A DNA stretch of 64,000 nt, taken from Hemiscyllium ocellatum (lineage: Eukaryota). This document shows, piece after piece, positions 13,029-26,703 of this stretch. The position numbers and the translations under genes are program-made. The stretch lies in assembly GCF_020745735.1 (NCBI RefSeq), contig NC_083424.1, positions 15,300,999-15,364,998 on the forward strand, in the 5' to 3' direction. The first letter of the stretch is position 1, and each line of letters begins with the position of its first letter. The notes under the pieces are model-generated. The model was given only the letters and a program-made list of their open reading frames with translations, did no database searches and was not told the DNA's origin.

Positions 13029-13917
13029 AGGCAGTGATACAAGCTCTCCTCCAGCCCCAAGGAAATTTCCTTAACACTGGCACAGGACAGACAGAGTGTT
13101 CGAGATGCCCCCCAACTTACTACTGCAGAGAACAATAAGCATTCATGCCTTTACATATACCGTTACCTATCACCAACTCCATTGGCTCCCTCTACCAAGG
13201 TGCCACGGTCAGTATGCTCATCCTCCCTGCAGTCTCCACTCTCACCTGCATAACTTGTAAGAATCTCAACTGTTGGAGAGTTGCAGGGGCTGAAGCTCCT
13301 CAACTGTAACCTACTGATTCCCAATACCTGCCTCACTTACAATTACACCCACCTGTCCCTGATCACAGACAATTTTGAATTACTGAGCCTGAGGGACATC
13401 ACCGTACTCGGGGGTAAAGTGCTCAGGTCACTTCCCCCTTTCCTGATGAGGCACAATGTTTGCAGCTTGGATTCCAGCTCCTCAAGTCAATTGCAACAAT
13501 CCTTAAGCTGCAAATATTTACTACAGAATGCATTTGCCCTAAGTCACATTGGTGTCCCCCAGCTTCCCTATGTTGCAGCAGCTGATTCTAATATGAAACA
13601 GGACACAGTTTTGATAAAGAAACAATTTAGTATTCCCACTGTGTGAAAAAACAGCTTTCCGCAAACACATGGTATCAAAATGTTCAACTCCATTTAATAG
13701 GTGTCTGTTTCAATCTATAGGTAACTCCAGCAGATAAAAACACCTTTAATTTTTCGGCACCCTTTCAACGCCTCAGTTCTATCCCACCACAACATCACAA
13801 CTTTTCATGCATTGCTCCTGACACCTCAATAGCACTAATGACAGGTTACATCATAGCATGGTATTTTAATGAAGTATTAAACTGAGGTACCATTAGCCTA
13901 CTCAGAGTCAGAAATGC

Positions 13918-14016
13918 TTAGGAGGTGCCAGTGTTGGACTGGGGTGTACAAAGTTAAAAATCACAACACCAGGTTTAGTCCAACAGGTTTATTTGGAAGC
14001 ACTAGCTTTCGGAGCG
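13918..14016 (-). mobile_element. Family B terminal-repeat fragment, truncated in ribozyme stem II
   Basis: GTGTTGGACTGGGGTGTACAAAGTTAAAAATCAC...GCACTAGCTTTCGGAGCG. Confidence 0.7.
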
Positions 14017-15355
14017 GGAAAGAAAAGCTGCTGTAATGTCAGTGATATTGTCTTACAAATGCCATATTAAACAGACACTTCCTGTTTATTGTTCTAACCA
14101 CCACCATTATAACAAATTAACACATTACTTGGGCGAGAGATACAAAATTTGCTATGAGGATGCTGCATTTTCTTGTAGAATAAGAATGATTACATTTTAA
14201 AATAATTCATCTATTAGGTGCCTTTAGGATTCCATGAAGATGCAAAATGGATTACATATTTGCCAGGTCAGTCTGTATACTCCCATTAGTGAATCCAAGA
14301 TATTCAGACCAAAGCAAGTACAGGAGTTGTATAGAGTCACACCATGTCTGTAGATGAAACAGGATTATATTTCCCAAAATCCACCAGTTCAAAAACAATC
14401 CTTGAAACTTTGTGGAGTAAAATATAGGTGCACTTCAAATCTTGTGCTGCCTACAAGTACATTTGTGTTCATCTAAATAATTTATAAACATGCTTCTCCA
14501 TTTGGCACAAAGGCAAATTCTGGTAACCCCAGTCCCATTGAAGATGTTGGTATTCTTGATGTTAGATTTGCAGGACTACTGTTGATTCTGAAAATCAATG
14601 CCAATAACAAACTGTTAGTCTAATTGAGCCCTGAACACAAGAGAAAAAGAAATAATTCTTCATACTACTTAGGTGATAAAAACATGAGTTTCCGCAAAAA
14701 CTAAATCAGAAAAGTCCCAGATTTGATTTAACAGCAGCTTGGGTATCCAATCAACCAGGATAACATTATTTGTGCTACAATTCAATTTGTGCCCTCATGT
14801 GGGAGTGGAAAACTGCCAGGATACTTGCTTTTCATAGCTATTCAGTCACTTCTAAGTGTGCTGAACTTTGAAAAGGTTAGGCTCAGCAGCAATTCCCGCT
14901 CACTAACGTCCTCTGCTAATACCCACAGATCACTTGTCAGAGACCTGACACATCACAGGTAGCTCTTAGTCCATTCATGTTGGGATGGGAAGAGATAGCA
15001 AAAGAAGTGCCTGATGTTAGGAAGTCACAGGGTTTTGTGGGTCAAAAACCAGCCCCAGTGTGATATGGTCGGAGGGTCTTGCTATGTTAGCTCCCATAAC
15101 AAAGACTGAGTTTTTGCTGAGACAGATGTTTTGGATATTTTAAACATGCAACCATGATTTCTTAAAATATTCATAGACTGGTTTCTGTGCTATTTGACTT
15201 TTGCTGTTCTATTAATTATTGAATGAATGAATGGGAATGAAGGGGAAAATGGTGAAACGGCAAAATTAATAGTTCTGCTCTTGAATGTGCACAGCCTTCA
15301 TTACACTGAAAAGGAGTGACCGAAAGCAAGTACCTTTATACCGAAGTATCACATT

Positions 15356-15660
15356 GATTAGATTAGATTACTTACAGTGTGGAAATAGGTCCTTCGGACC
15401 AACAAGTCTACACTGACCCGCCAGAGCGCAACCCACCCAAACCCATTCCCCTACATTTACCCCAGCACCTAACACTACAGGCAATTTAGCATGGCCAATT
15501 CACCTAACCTGCATATTTTTGGACTGTGGGAGGAAACTGGAGCACCTGGAGGAAACCCACACAGACAAGGTTTGTGTAGAGTTTGCACAGTCGCCTGAGG
15601 TGGGAATTGAACCCGGGTCTCTGGAACTGTGAGGCAGCAGTGCTAACCACTGTGCCACCC
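15356..15660 (-). mobile_element. V-SINE
   Basis: Same consensus as 1802-2111. Confidence 0.9.
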
Positions 15661-17589
15661 AAACATGTGAGAATATCTCATTACTTTTAGGAAAGTTAGT
15701 TTTCAGACAAGGCAGACAAGTATGTAAAATTAGAACAGGAACTAAGGGAAAACAAGTTCATTCACACAAGAAATCAATTTCAGATGGATTGGCAATCTTG
15801 CCAATTTTTAATGAAGCAAAATTCCAATTCAACACACCAGGGCATGAAAAAAACTGGAATGTGTTCGGCATCGTAAAGACTAACTTAAAAGTTTTTTTCA
15901 ATTTTGCAAGTCTCAATCTCCTGCCATGTTATACTACTAAGGGATGGCTGATGACAAGTAAATAGCTTTTAGCCCAAATCTATAAAAGTATTCAATCCAC
16001 TTTTAAATAAATTCTTAAGGGACTCAAAAAGTTACAAAAATAAAGTTGGAGAAACTCAGCACGCATGACAACACCATGCAGAGAAAGCAGAGTCAATGTT
16101 TTGGGTTCAGTGATGCTTTTTCAAAACTCTAAATTAGTCAGATGCTTTTTGAATGCAGTTCTGCCAGAGACTCTTGGTTAAAAGACAATTCTAATTAACT
16201 ACAGTTTGAGAGATCATATTTCATATAAACAGCTAGGAACATAAAATTCTGCAGTATTTCATGTCATCCTTTTATAAAACTTTTCAGAATAGATTGCAAC
16301 ATGTCTGAGATCAATCAGAGAATTACATCATCCTCCAAAACTTTTGTCAATTGCTTCATTGTCTGACAAAAAAAATCAACAAGTGGCTTTTTGCTATACT
16401 TTTGGCAGTGCATAAGTTCTGTCGAAGCTAAACTTTAACTGAACAGTTTTATCTAAAATCTCACCTGCTGCAAGTTAACACATGCAATGAGCCTTTACTT
16501 GAAGTGAATTTACTAATCTTAGCGTTTTTGTTTCCTCTTTCAGCTCAAAGCAGTGTAAAAACACCAGATATGTTTTGGTGCTGAAAAAAAACTAATTTGC
16601 ACTTAAAAGGCATACCGTTTATTGTACCTATCAGAAAAATAAAAATACTTTGTCAGTATCAAGCAGATGCATGGGAACACCAACAAGTTCCACTCCAAGC
16701 CATACATCATTATGAACCATATTGCAACTTGTTCACTGAATGAGTCAAAAATTTGGAAGCTTATGTCTATTAGCAATGCGTATATCTCGTCTCATCTCAC
16801 CATAAGAAGTAGATCAGTTCCCAAAGACAAACTGTAGTGGACCTCAAATACTGTCTACATTTTTAACCACAATTTGGAAGAACACCAATTAATAACAATT
16901 GCTTAATCTCTTGAATTGTGAAAGAACCATGATATGAAAAGTTCACATGGTCATAATTATTTGTTGAAATTCAAATGAAACACTGGAGAAACAAACCATA
17001 GCAAGTTCAAATCCAAAGCCTAAACACAAAACCTAAAACTGCTGTATTGAGGGAATGCGGCAATGGCAGACTGCGCCTTTCCATAAACTTTAGAAAGAGG
17101 CCCAACTGCTTGCTCACTTGATTGCCAAACTGCAGAGGAGTCATCCCCAGTGTTTTGGTTAATCCTAGTCCCAAGAATCCACACCACAGATTACCTGACC
17201 ATTATCACTTGATGTAGAAGAGAGCTCACCAAGCACAAAGTGATTGCCATGTTTCCAAAATTACAGTGGCTACATCGTTCATGGGTTCTAAAAGGGCTTT
17301 GTGACAGTCATCAGGAAAAGCACAACATAGATGCAAGACGTTATTCAAGGCAAAACGTGGCTATCATTTTGTATGAAATTGACTTGCTACGTAGATGAAC
17401 AATAGAAGTAAACTTAAATTCAGTCAAGACATCGTGAACTTATTTAAACGTAAAAAGAGTTTAATTTTCGAAAATTAAAAATCAACAACACAACGTTGTT
17501 TAGACAATGGGTCAGATAATAGGGAGATAAACAATAGCCACAAAACAGCAGTTTTCAGATGACTTTCAGAAAGGGTATAAATGACCGTC

Positions 17590-18280
17590 GTCATAGAGCT
17601 GTACAGCAAGGAAACAGACCTTCAGCCCAATTCATCCATGCTGACCAGATATCTTTAATTGAGTCCCATTTGCCAGCATTTGGCCAGTGTCCCTCTAAAC
17701 CCTTCCTGTTTATGTACCCATTTAGGTTCTTTTTAAAGTACAGTAAATGTATCAGCCTCCTTCACTTCCTCTGGCAGCTCATTTCATGCACGCAGCACCA
17801 GTGTGGAAAAAGTTGCCCCTTAGGTCTCTTTTATATCTTTCCCCTCTCATCTTAAAGCCATGTCCTTTAATTTTGGACTCCCCTACCCTGGGGAAATTGG
17901 CTATTCAGAGCTGAAAATGTGTTGCTGGTTAAAGCACAGCAGGTCAGGCAGCATCCAAGGAACAGGAAATTCGACGTTTCGGGCCAGAGCCCTTCATGAA
18001 GGCTATTCACCCTGTCCCTGTCACCCTTGATTTTATAAATTTCTTTAAGGTCACCCCTTAGCCTGACACTCCAGGGAAAATAATTCCAGTCTATGTAGCC
18101 TCTCTCTATAGCTCAAAACTAACCCCGACAACATCCTTGCAAACTCTTCTGAATCCTTTCAAGTTTAACAACATCTTGCGCATAGCACCAGAAGTGAAAG
18201 CAGTCGTCCAAAATTGGCCCAACCAATGTCCTATACAGCTGCAACATGACATTCCAACTCAATGTAATGACCAATAGTAG
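17590..18280 (-). mobile_element. CR1 LINE 3' fragment with nested family A insertion (17908-18000)
   Basis: LQLYRTLVGP C-terminus; nested insert flanked by TSD GGCTATTCA at 17899-17907 and 18001-18009. Confidence 0.8.
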
Positions 18281-21208
18281 AGGACGTTTACCTGCATGTA
18301 CTGATTTCACATGGAAAAGTGTTGCATACGTTTTCAATTGAAACTTTAAAGGCAAAAATCAATTACCCTTTGGTTTGTGAACTGCAGCGCTGTTGAAAGA
18401 TAAACCAGTCACTTCCACAAAGGACAGAAAAACCACAAATATGAATTAGGAGTAGGAAAATGTGCGTGAGGGACTGAGTAACATTCTGCTATTCAATAAC
18501 ATCATGGCTGTTCTGATTACTCCTAATAACCCTTTACCTTCTTGCTTATTAAAAAGCTACAAACCACTCCCTTGAAACTATTCAAAGGCTCTCTTCTTCA
18601 AAAGATGGATAAGCAGAATTACAAAAGCACTCAACCCTCAAAAGATTTTGTTTGGTCAGTGTTGAGTTGCCAACCTATTGTTTTTAATGCGCTGACCTCT
18701 TGTCCTAGAATCTCCAACAAAAGGAAACATCCACAGGTACCCCTCAAGACCTGCAAATGCTGTTAAAGTATAAGTCATGCATACAAGTCAATGCACCAGC
18801 CAGCTGAGCACTGCTTATTGTTTACAGTACAAGCTGGTATATATTTGCCTTCAAGACTCTCAGTATGTTGAAGAAAAATCTAACTTTGTCTTAAACAAAA
18901 GACAACTGAGCACATAATAGTTTCACACACCGCAAATGAAAATAAAAACACTGACATATTAAAGTTTGTCCTTTCAAGCTGTACAATGTTTTCTGGTAAT
19001 CTAGTAAAAATAGATACAGTCAGCCATTATCTGGGCAGTAAACTGTATACTAGTGCTATCCTTCCCTATTAGAAGTATAATACTGCAAAACTTCTGCTGC
19101 AAATATTTGGGGGTCTCCAAGAGCAATGTTTCTGTTTTCTGTAGCTAACCCATATGCACCAGCAGCAAGACTTTTAAAATACCAAATTATTTTCATGTCA
19201 GAAGGCAACACCAATGAAGGAAATCTACTGAGTAATTACAATACACAGTAACAGCCAGATTAAAAATTCACAAATGTAAATCTAACAGTCACACAAGAAA
19301 GGTGTAAGCTTATTTAAAAATAATATCCATATAAAATACAACACAACACACATTGATGAAGATCTTATTACAATCTATCTTTCTCTTTCAGCTGCTGGCT
19401 AGGTTGCCATGCATTTTCAACCTCCGTCATTTCATTTCCAATACTCAGAGCATCTTTTAACTGGACGTCTGGCATGGCCAAATCACAGAACAACAGTTGG
19501 TACATACATATTGCCTTTAATGTAATTAAAAGGTCTCATGGTGCTTCACAGCAAAATTTCATACCAACCCATACATGGTATTAGAGCAGCTAGTCAACAG
19601 CTTGATCGTTGTAGCAGATTTTACACAGCATCTTCAAGGAGAAAGAAATAGAAGCAAGATTTGGGGAGGAATTTCAAAGCTTACGTGCCTTAGTAGATGA
19701 AAGCACAGTCACTATAGTGGAGTAACTGAAATTGAGGTTGCTTAAGAAAGCAAAATTGCATGGAGGGATAACTATTAGAAGGGTATTATAGAGGTAAGGA
19801 GTGGCAAAGACAAGGATTTTTTAAAAAATTGAAATGTTCCTTGACTGGGAAACAATGTAGTTCAGCAAACACAGGTGTGATCATCAAACAGGACTTACCA
19901 GAAGTAAGAACCTGGGCAGCAGAGTTTCAGATTTACTCAAGTTTAGGGAGGGTGGAATATGGGAAACAAGAGTGCCTTTGAAAGGACCAGAATTCAGCTA
20001 ACAAAAGGCATTCAACAAGGGTCCCAGGATCACATGAGCTAAAGCAGGAACAAAGCCTGGAAACACTTTAGAAGCGAAAACACATCCTTAGCAAAGGGGT
20101 GACAATATAATCAGAAGCTCATCTTGGGATCAAATATGACATTGACGCTCTGTTTTTAGGGAGATACGGAGTCTATAACTAGGGAACAAAGTTTGCAGCA
20201 GAGAGCAAAAAAACACTTCAGGTCAGTATATTAATTTCTTTCGTATAACTTCAAGTTTACACAACTACCTTATTATTCAATGTTATCCATTACCATCCTT
20301 ATACACTGACAAACAATTACAAAACATTAGCTGCACTCTGCAATTTTCAATATTAAGATCTGTGATTGTAAAAAGCTGACAAAGCTATTAGTTAGCATAT
20401 TACCAGTACAAAGGACATTGCAATTACTGATGAAGGAATGCTCTACACCATTTATAATAAAAAATAACATTACTATGAAATAAATTGTCGTATTTCTAAT
20501 TCATAAAAAAATACTCAATGCACAAAGTATACATTTAACTATTGTACAAATTATAATTATAAATATGGATGCATTCAGAGGAATTTCTCAACTTCCGAAA
20601 ACAAAACATCAAGTACAAAGGGGGAAAAAAAAATCAAGTTCACAGAAAGAAAAACTTGATGTATAAATAAGTGAGACTAAGTCAATGACAGGTGAGATAC
20701 ACACACACCGATGGGAACAACAAATGGTATTAACTCCGGCAAGAAAGCAAAAACATGGCATCCAAATCACTCTACAAATGTACATAAACCCACAGCTTTA
20801 ACATAAAAAAGTAAACAGCTGAAACCTGAATTGTGTTGACTGGATAGAGGCCGCAAGTTTGAGGCAGTGAGTACCACGAAAGATTTTTATGCTGAAGATG
20901 TATTGCTTTTTAACAACATGATGCCAGAGAGAGAGGAAGGGCACGGTTAAGAGGATGGAATGAAAGAACACAAACCGGTTGCTGGATATTTCCTGGCTGT
21001 GTCCGGGCTGGCTCACAGCCTTGCTGCATCTTTTAGCTCTCTCTCTCACTTCCTCTCTGTGTGTGCGTGTGTCAGTGGATTGAAGCTTGATTGAATTTCC
21101 TCTCTCAGTTGGCAGCACAATAAGACTCAGCCTTTTTTTTTCAAAAAGGCATCTTAAGAGGGCCCCTTCCTCTGCCCCCAGACCTTTACCTCCCCCACAG
21201 TCACTTAC

Positions 21209-21260
21209 CGGGGACGCTGCAGTCGGCGCAGATGTCGTTACTCCTCAATCTTTTCGACAT
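21209..21260 (-). CDS. GIT2: GIT2 coding exon 1 (MSKRLRSNDICADCSVP)
   Basis: ATG at 21260-21258, 52 nt, donor G|GTAAGT, first CxxC of ArfGAP zinc finger. Confidence 0.95.
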
Positions 21261-22089
21261 GGACAGAACCAATTAATTAATACTGTCGTTTAATCGGGAC
21301 CTTTCCTTAAATTAAAAGAAAATCCCACTAGAGGCAACGGGAGGCGCGCTTTAGTTCTAACTACAAACTGCCATTAACATGAAGTTTGCACTCAGGTTGC
21401 AGTTCCTGTCAGACTCGCCTCCGGCTCAAGCAGCTTGGAGACGCCGAATGGCACGCCGGGATCTTGGAGGACTGCCCATGCGCCGCGCATGCGCCGACAG
21501 AAGCAGACGTCTGAAGCCGAGGAGCGCGAGGGGGGATTTAGAATTATAAAAATGTGGTTTCCTGAGGGGAAGCCCCTCACAGACTACTTCGCACCTTACA
21601 AAATACTTTTCAGTACTGCTAAATACGACATCGTGTTAAATGGGCCTTGCAGACATGTCACTTTATTCGTGGGCTTACAAAGTAATTAGCCAGTGTTTAC
21701 CTGCGAGTCCATTCGAGACCAGTTTGGACTGAACCACAATGGGACAGAGGAGGAGGGGAGTATTGACAGTATCGAAAATGATTGATAATTGAAAAAAGTG
21801 AAACAAAGCCCCAGGGTCGTTGACGAGCAATAATTCGAAATTATCGCACCCATAAACTACAGATCAGCAAATATGCCGACATTTATTGAAACTGGTACCA
21901 ATTTTCTTTTGCAACCCCCCCCCCCCCAAGCTAGATGGATTGCATTTCCTTGTTGTCCATCTCTTCCTGTAAGTTTTTGTTGGAAAGTTTCAGAACTTTT
22001 GTTCTGTTTTCTGTGCTGTTGTCTTTTCACTTTGGAGGGAGGGGTTTAAAGAGGAAAGGGCGGGGGTCGATTGAAGCTTAGGAACTAGA
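21261..22089. promoter_or_regulatory. Bidirectional promoter / 5' UTR region shared by GIT2 and ANKRD13A
   Basis: Divergent ATGs at 21260 and 22090; local CpG enrichment about 21200-21550; NRF1 palindrome GCGCATGCGC at 21485-21494; GC box GGGCGGGGG near 22058. Confidence 0.75.
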
Positions 22090-22182
22090 ATGTGCTCATT
22101 GGAAGAGTTGAGGAACAAATACAAACTTCACCTGTTGGTCTGGCACAACCAGTATAGAGAACTTGAGGAGGAACTGAAACAG
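22090..22182 (+). CDS. ANKRD13A: ANKRD13A exon 1 (MCSLEELRNKYKLHLLVWHNQYRELEEELKQ)
   Basis: ATG at 22090, LHLLVW-N-YR motif, CAG|GTAAGT. Confidence 0.9.
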
Positions 22183-23500
22183 GTAAGTGACTGATACTGG
22201 GTAAGACTGTATTCAATGTGTGATCGTGCTTGGAAAGGATTTTAACTTCACATTAGGTGTTGGAGAGCCTCCCTGAGATGGTGTTTATAGGTGAAATTAT
22301 TTGAAGTCGGTAACTTTCTTGAACATCTAACTTTCTTCAGTTGAAAGAATCCAAAATCTTCTCTATTTTCAGAGGCACGGGGTTTCCACCCTCACTTTTT
22401 AGTTAAATTATTGAAATGGAGCGAATTGTAAACATTCCAGGGTATTTGAGCAGTTAATTTTAAAGGTTATTTGGCTGGAACTTTTTGAGGCTAAAATAAG
22501 TGTAAGAAAAACTCGAGGCAAAACTGGAAGAAGTACTATTTACTCAAGTTAAACTGTTGAAGTTGCGTTGGATGTTTTTGAGTATATAATTTAAAGACTG
22601 GAGATGAATAGTTAAATGTGAGACTAGCATGAATGCTTGTCAATTTAAAATAGTGTTTTTTATAGTAGGGAAGATAGTACGCTATTTAAGAGAAGTGCGA
22701 ACATGATAGTTCAAATTATCTTTACTCATTTTATGTTTCCCTATCTTGTCACTAAATAAATCTTTATCATTTTGATGTTTTATTTATATTTACAATGGTC
22801 AGAGTGCAGTGGGAAGAAAGAACAGTCACAAAAGTCATGTTTCCTTCACTGAGGACTGGCATATATTTATAATTAGTTCTACAATGTGACATCTGTTTAT
22901 TATTGAAACATATGGCAGAGTTTGCAAATATAATTTATCTTTTTAATGTATGCAATTAGTACTTCTATATTTTTAATATAGCTTTTTGTTATGCAAATAT
23001 ACAAATACATAAACATTACCTTTTACTCTACTTGCATTTTCTTCTAATTTTGGCAATGTGTAGTTCCTTTATTTGGAGAAAAATGTCAAGATTTTAAGTG
23101 TCAAATCTGTATTTGCATGATTATTTTCCATTGTTACTTTCCTTAGCCCATTGTTACTATCCATTATTTTATCCATTGTTACTTTCTTTGACCATTTCAA
23201 TGTTTCGAGCAATGAGGAATAGGTCCAAATTTGTGGTGAAGGTACTGAAGGAAAATATGCATTTTGGCTTCACCATTTTCATCATTTTTATCAGAAGGTA
23301 CTGACTACTTATGCCCTTAGCTTAGTATAGAATCATATTGCATGGGTGGAGGCTGTTTTCACCATCACTCTGCACTAAGTTCTTGAAAGAGCTTTCAATG
23401 TTTACTACCTTGGATCTCCTCAATATCCCTGCAATGTTTTTTTTCCCCCTTCAATTCCTTTTGGAAAGTTACTTTTGAATCTCTTCCACCATCCTTTCAA

Positions 23501-23976
23501 AGTTTAAAAATTGCACCACACCAGATTTTGTCCAACACATTTAATTGGAAACACTAACTTCCAGAGCGCTGCTCTTTCATCAGGTGTTTGTGGAGTATAA
23601 GATCGTAGGGCACAGAATTTATAGCAAAAGTTTACAGTGTGATGTAACTGAAATTATATATTGAAAAAGACCTGGATTGTTTGTCAAGTCTCTCATCTTT
23701 TAGAATGAACATGTTGGTTTTAGTTCTTTCATGTGGATATCACAGGACATAAAATTTACATTCTCAAGTGAACGTTAATAATTGGTGTCATGTTGACCCA
23801 GGTAAATTTGCTCTAAATTCTTTGTCTTACAATCTTATACTCCACAATCACCTGATGAAGAAGCAGCGCTCTGAAAGCTAGTGCTTCCAAATAAACCTAT
23901 TGGACTATAACCTGATGTTGTGTGATTTTTGACTTTGTATACCCCAGTCCAACACCAGCATCTCCAAATCATGACT
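23501..23976. mobile_element. Fold-back Penelope-like family B element
   Basis: Inverted terminal-repeat arms; 13-bp TSD ACCATCCTTTCAA at 23488-23500 and 23977-23989. Confidence 0.85.
23849..23883 (+). ncRNA. Hammerhead motif (family B)
   Basis: CAC-CTGATGA-AGAAGCAGCGCTCT-GAAA-GC-TA-GTG. Confidence 0.6.
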
Positions 23977-25849
23977 ACCATCCTTTCAAGCAGTGTGCCA
24001 TGGATTAGAACAATTTGGTGCATTTAAGAAAAACTTTATCTCCGCTTTGATTCAATTGTCAGATATATTAAATTTGTGCCCTAACTTATCCATTAAACTA
24101 CCTACAAGTAGCATTTTCAAATACATGATACCCTTGATTTTAAAAATTGCTGCTTCTCACAGCTTCCCAAACTTAAAGCCAATTAAACTATTACTACTGT
24201 GATACATTAGTTGGGTAGATAAAGAAAATAAACAACTATGACAATCACCGATATTCGAAAACAGGCCATTGGTACAGAATGTTTTGGTATTGTAAAGTGG
24301 TGGAAGCAGTAGCTTGCTCTCCAGCCAATGTGTTACAGAACATGTTCCTTGGTTTTCCTCTTCTCGATTCTCCTTCTTGAACATTTTGCTAAGACCCTGC
24401 TCCTGACTTGTTAACCAGTTTTAAGGTGATGTAAGGTTTCTTCCCTTCTTCCTTAGTTCCCTGTGCACACTCCAATGTTCTACCTTGTAATCCCTTTTAT
24501 GCTTTCTGTCTAAAGGTCCTGTTTTGGGGCTCTTTCCTATCCCCAGTGCAGATTTCACTTTCCCTGTTCAACTGTGGTGCTCTTTACTGTTCCTGGGGTG
24601 AAGTGCGGTCACTGTCCTCTCCCTGTTCAACTGTGGGGCACTTTACCATCTCTCTGAGGTGAACTAGAGTCTATCAATTGTCCACCTCACATGGTACATG
24701 TCCCTTCTCTTCCTTAGTTCTTTAAATACCGCAACTCATAGCTGGGACTGACTACGACATTTGTAAAGGGTGGTAATGTTAAATATATTCATCTAATTAA
24801 GACCCACATAGTCAGTCATGAACCTATGTAGTACCCTGCTTGCAGAACCAATTGTTGGAGAGGAATTTTAAAGAAGAGTCTTGAGTCTCATTTTCAGCAG
24901 TACAAATAGATCTTTATTCGGAGTTTCTTATCAAATAGCCTGGAAGAGGTAACCGGAGACGGTTCAAAAACGCCCCCACCCACCCTCAGATGATGTACAG
25001 GATATTTATACATTACATATTACAATGATTGTATGCAACATTGACAACAGCGCTTGCCAACTCCCCTCTGACTGTTATGCCCCTCCACAGACATTTGCCA
25101 GCTGCACCATACTGAGTGGATGCTGTTTGTTACCTTTATAAAGCTGTGATTGTTTATTTTCCCGAGGCTACGATAAAGAGTAATGGTGTACAGATGCCCC
25201 ATTACAATGCTATCTCATTCATTTCAAACGTTTATCCTTTTACACCATTCATTATATGTCATTTGGTCCTTGATGTTTATGCTATTTGTCCTTCAATCCC
25301 CCTGCTGACAGGATAGGGGCTTCTCTTTACTATCTACAGCCATTTGTAGTAAATGTAATGGCAATTATTTAAAAAGCCTATACAGTGGGATCAGACTTTC
25401 CCTTCTCCACTAAGTAACAAGGTTTCTCTTTCCCACGAAGATTTCATTAAGGCATGTCATTATCTTGTTGCCATGAGTATGAAGGCTATGATTCTGACTG
25501 TGGAAACTGCTGCCTCAACCAACAATTCTCTTCACCCACTCCAACACTCACTATCCTTATCTACCTTCTCTATTATTGCATTAAGTAACCCACGAAATTT
25601 GACAGAAACAATTTGATTTCAGTAAATTGATTCCAATTTCCATTTTCTTCCATTCTTCTCTAACTGCCAAGTTATATTGTCACAGATGATTGCTTCTAAC
25701 TGTAATAGTGGGAAATATTTTTGTAAGTTTATTCCATTTCCTTTTCAGCATGGCTGTAAAATTTGTAGCCATCCACTCCCATATCCAAGATGAATTTTAG
25801 GAATGGGGCTAGAGCCACTGATATTTTCATCCTTCAGAAGTTTGGGATA

Positions 25850-26110
25850 TCATACAGCTTGGAAGCAGACCATTTGGTCCACCCAGTCCACACCAACTCT
25901 CTGAAGAGCATACCACCCTATTCCTACATCTCCCATGGCCAATCCACCTAACCTGCAAATCTTTGGACTGTGGGAAGAAACTGGAGCGCCTGGTTAAAAA
26001 CCCGCACAAACACTGAGAAGGTGCAAACTCCACACAGTTGCCCAAGGCTAGAATTGAACCCAGGTCCCTGGCGCTGTGAGGCAGCAGTGCAAACCATTCT
26101 GCTAACCATG
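25850..26110 (-). mobile_element. V-SINE (older copy)
   Basis: Diverged match to consensus. Confidence 0.8.
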
Positions 26111-26567
26111 TCTACCATCTGGTAACTTTTTTTCAACTTTGAACACAGTCAGCACTTTTTCAATTTCCTCCTCTTTGCTTACTACTTTATTTCTTCAAGG
26201 TCATTGTCAAAAGTAAGCCTACATCACATGCAAACCTAAGCTGGAGTACGCGAGTGAAGAAATTTGTAACTGAACTTGATCAAATCCTCAACCAGTGTTA
26301 GGGTGCATTTTTTTTGTTTGAACAGGAGACTGATCAGGCATTAGGACTCTAATTATTATTTTTTAAACTCTTCTAGCTTGGGGACAATAAGTTCTATTCA
26401 TGCCTCTGATACTTAAGGTACTATTGCCTGTTAACTCAAGACCAGGCATCGTACCTCAAACTTCCCTGGTCTGTGGATCATCACCACATTGTAATGCATA
26501 TTGAGTGTTTTGAAAATCAATTTTCTGTACTTCATGATATCAGATAATTATCAGTTTGGCCTTACAG

Positions 26568-26703
26568 CATGATATTGAAGCAGTTGATCCACGGGGTCGG
26601 ACGCCATTGCATCTCGCTGTCTCGCTAGGACACTTGGAATGTGTCAACATACTGCTTCGAAACAATGCCTCTGTCGACAAGGAGAATGCCAAAGGATGGA
26701 CAG
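26568..26703 (+). CDS. ANKRD13A: ANKRD13A exon 2 ([45 protein letters not shown])
   Basis: Ankyrin repeat TPLHLA; TTACAG| and CAG|GTCAGG. Confidence 0.95.

Larger units (their letters stand above)
12500..13050 (-). mobile_element. Rex1/Babar-like LINE 3' end
   Basis: ASILKDPSHPGNVLLHPLLSGRRY C-terminus; homologous to 47500-47930. Confidence 0.7.
2270..21260 (-). other. GIT2: GIT2 gene span, 5' part (coding exons 1-4; continues left of window)
   Basis: Four GT-AG exons splice in frame to MSKRLRSNDICADCSVPDPRWASINRGVLICDDCCSVHR...AKDLSK; N-terminus matches GIT2 as I recall it, and ANKRD13A is the head-to-head neighbour. Confidence 0.93.

Noticed and set aside
21435-21689. 84-aa ORF in the promoter
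   Set aside because: Non-ATG start, no recognisable homology, GC-rich context
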